Assembly (NCBI RefSeq): GCF_009914755.1
Contig: NC_060940.1
DNA from: the human T2T-CHM13v2.0 reference genome, Homo sapiens
Length of the DNA: 64,000 bases
Reading direction: 5' to 3' (one strand)
Program-made: the position numbers and the translations under genes
In this document: positions 61,746 to 64,000 of the stretch, one piece after another
How the letters are laid out: every line of letters begins with the position of its first letter
Position numbering within the stretch: position 1 is the first letter of the stretch
Notes under the pieces: model-generated
Database searches by the model: none
What the model was told of the DNA's origin: nothing
Seen by the model: only the letters and a program-made list of their open reading frames with translations

Positions 61746-63025
61746 AACTTTATTATTGAAAGAAAATCCATTTGACATAAAGGCCATTGCCTGTCAAACA
61801 CAGTCGCCATAGTACTGGGTATGTAAATAAGATAAATAAAATGTAATAGTCTAGAAATGTGATTTGGACCACTTATGCAAACCACTGTATTATGGAAGTT
61901 ACAAGCAGTATGAAGTAATTATTGGTGCCTATTAAAAACAGGAACTTAATGGCATTGAGGCAAACATTTGCTGTTCACTAGCTGTGTATGACCTTTCTCT
62001 ACACATTTCTTTTGTGTCACATTTTTTGACTTCTCTTTACATGCATTATACAAGCATTACATTTATTTCTCATTAGAGCTGGAGACGGGTGGTAGGGGAA
62101 GGGTAGGGGCTCATAAAAAAAAATAGCCTGAGAGAGCACAGGTGACTTTAGAGAGTTCAACAATGTCAACAGAACAAGTGACACAGCAGCATCATAGTAA
62201 AGAGAACATCATGTACATGGGATGCCCACCAAGAGTATGAAGCAATCTTATGGATGAAGCCATCTTCAGCATCTGAATGTATGCTGGAGGCAGCAATATG
62301 GAAGGATTTCACATGTGTCTGCAAGGGCCCATGTTTACAGAAGAAACAATGTCACGAAAGCATGAAATGGGGAAAGCTGAGTGAAAATGAACCAACCTGA
62401 TACCCAAAGAAGACCAGGTTCTGGGTAGGAGCAATTGGTGAGGTACAGCATGTAGTACATTGTTTTTTTTCAAATTCCTCAGCAATTTGATGTTATGCTA
62501 GATATTCTAGTTAGTGAGATGATCTTGCAGTGTTTTCTTCCTCTCCTAGTGACTTCTGATTTTAGTTGTCCAGTTACTTTTTGGTTATGACTCATTCATT
62601 TAAACCACCGTGTATTCTGATTATACCTATATTATGAAGTGATCTGCCTTTATATTTTTTCAGTAAACACAATGTAAGAACATAAATTCAGGGTGAAAAT
62701 GTCTACAAATATTAAGTAGCATTATCTATACTTGGCTAATCTAATTTCGAAGTATTTAATGCTTTCATGTACCCTGACATTTTACTGCATTCCTATCAGA
62801 TATTTTCCTGTATAAGAAATGTGATATATGTTGTTGTATTTCTGTACACCTTCTTGGCAATCTGAAGGAAACGAGTTTTCATATAAGTCAACCAATTTGT
62901 GGGCCCATTAAGAAAATGAGCAAGGTATACTTGTGCTTGTAGTCTTACAATGCATATGAGAAAGAATATTCCAAGACATGTATATAGAAAAGGACTAGAA
63001 AAGGAAACTGGGGAGAAGGGAGATG

Positions 63026-63063
63026 GGAGACAGGAGTTAACCTCTGGAGACAGGAGTTAACCT
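63026..63063. repeat. 20-bp tandem duplication
   Basis: ggagacaggagttaacct occurs twice with a 20-bp period. Confidence 0.95.
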
Positions 63064-63766
63064 GTAAATGTATCACATAACCAGGAAGATGAAACAGAAA
63101 ACAAACAAAGAAAAAACAAGGGAGACTCTTAGCAGTCACATTATCCTCAACACAACTGAACACAGTTTACACTTCACTGAGAACCTCCAGGAAACTCATC
63201 TTCAATGGCTTAACATGTAAAAAACAAATAGTGATTTTTTAAGGCTTGAGGAATTTGACTAGTCTTTAGTTAGTTCTCTGGATTTCTCTAGTTAGTTAAT
63301 ATAATGATATAATAGATTTATTCCTAAACTTGTTCACTCTACCTTAACTTTATTTTCATAACAGCTTATGCTCCTGAAAATTGTTCTCAGTGATGGAGAA
63401 CTTGCAAATGTGAACTGAACTCTCAAGGTTGGGTGGAGAATTATGTTTTAATTCATCTGCCATTTTCCCTCCAATAGTATAGCATATGATCAAGTTAAGA
63501 TATAAAAATAAGATTTACTTTAAGCTGAGAATGGCTCTTTAGTTTAGAATTAACTGATGGTAGATGTATGTCACTTCTGGTGTTAACATGGTAAGATTTC
63601 TCTATTGATCAAGTAGCATTCCAGAGGGGAAAGCTGTTTCCAGAGGACAGACGCTATGCTACACAAACTGTCACTTTCTTGCTATTATGGAGCCAGGAGT
63701 AACTCAGCTGCTAATTAAACTGGGATGAATTAAGGTAAATTGAATCTTCCTGCACATCTGTTCCAG

Positions 63767-63879
63767 GTCTGCAAATAGGACCATGAGGCACAGCAGACAC
63801 AGCTCATTTGACAAGAGCCTTCTTCTACTTTCCAATCAGTCCCAAAGAATCTTAGCACCTCAGGTCATGGAATCCTGAG
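63767..63879 (+). other. Candidate 113-nt non-coding internal exon
   Basis: Acceptor tcttcctgcacatctgttccag|G, donor GAG|gtaaga; stops in all three frames. Confidence 0.35.
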
Positions 63880-64000
63880 GTAAGAAAGAATGTGAATGAG
63901 AGAACACTGACAACTATCTTGTGCATATCTTGACACTAGGAATATGCAAAACAATAATTCCATATTCACAGAAACCTGGAAGGCTTTCAAAGTTGGGTCG

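Overview
AT-rich, CpG-poor primate (hominoid-type) non-coding DNA, either intergenic or deep intronic. It is dominated by transposable elements: two young L1PA2/3-type LINE-1 3' portions, a long older L1PA13-16-type element with its 5' end, L1MA/MC/ME and L2 fragments, about a dozen Alus, many MIRs, a complete MaLR (MSTA/THE1D-type) provirus, several solo LTRs, a truncated ERV-L, and Tigger/hAT DNA transposon relics. I see no host protein-coding gene, tRNA or CRISPR array. The long ORFs are broken L1/ERV-L frames, Alu read-throughs or chance frames. I found no convincing new biological system. The best observations are mechanistic scars: (1) a young tailless 5S rRNA retrocopy with a perfect 15-bp TSD, keeping most of its Pol III internal promoter, at the ORF1/ORF2 junction of an old L1; (2) a one-LTR ERV-L flanked by a ~170-bp target duplication; (3) a 58-bp templated insertion copied from a MER63 element 2.7 kb away; (4) two young L1s 43 kb apart sharing non-consensus ORF2 substitutions; (5) several fold-back junctions and candidate regulatory or non-coding exon elements. 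Subfamily names come from recalled consensus sequences, and old-repeat boundaries are approximate.
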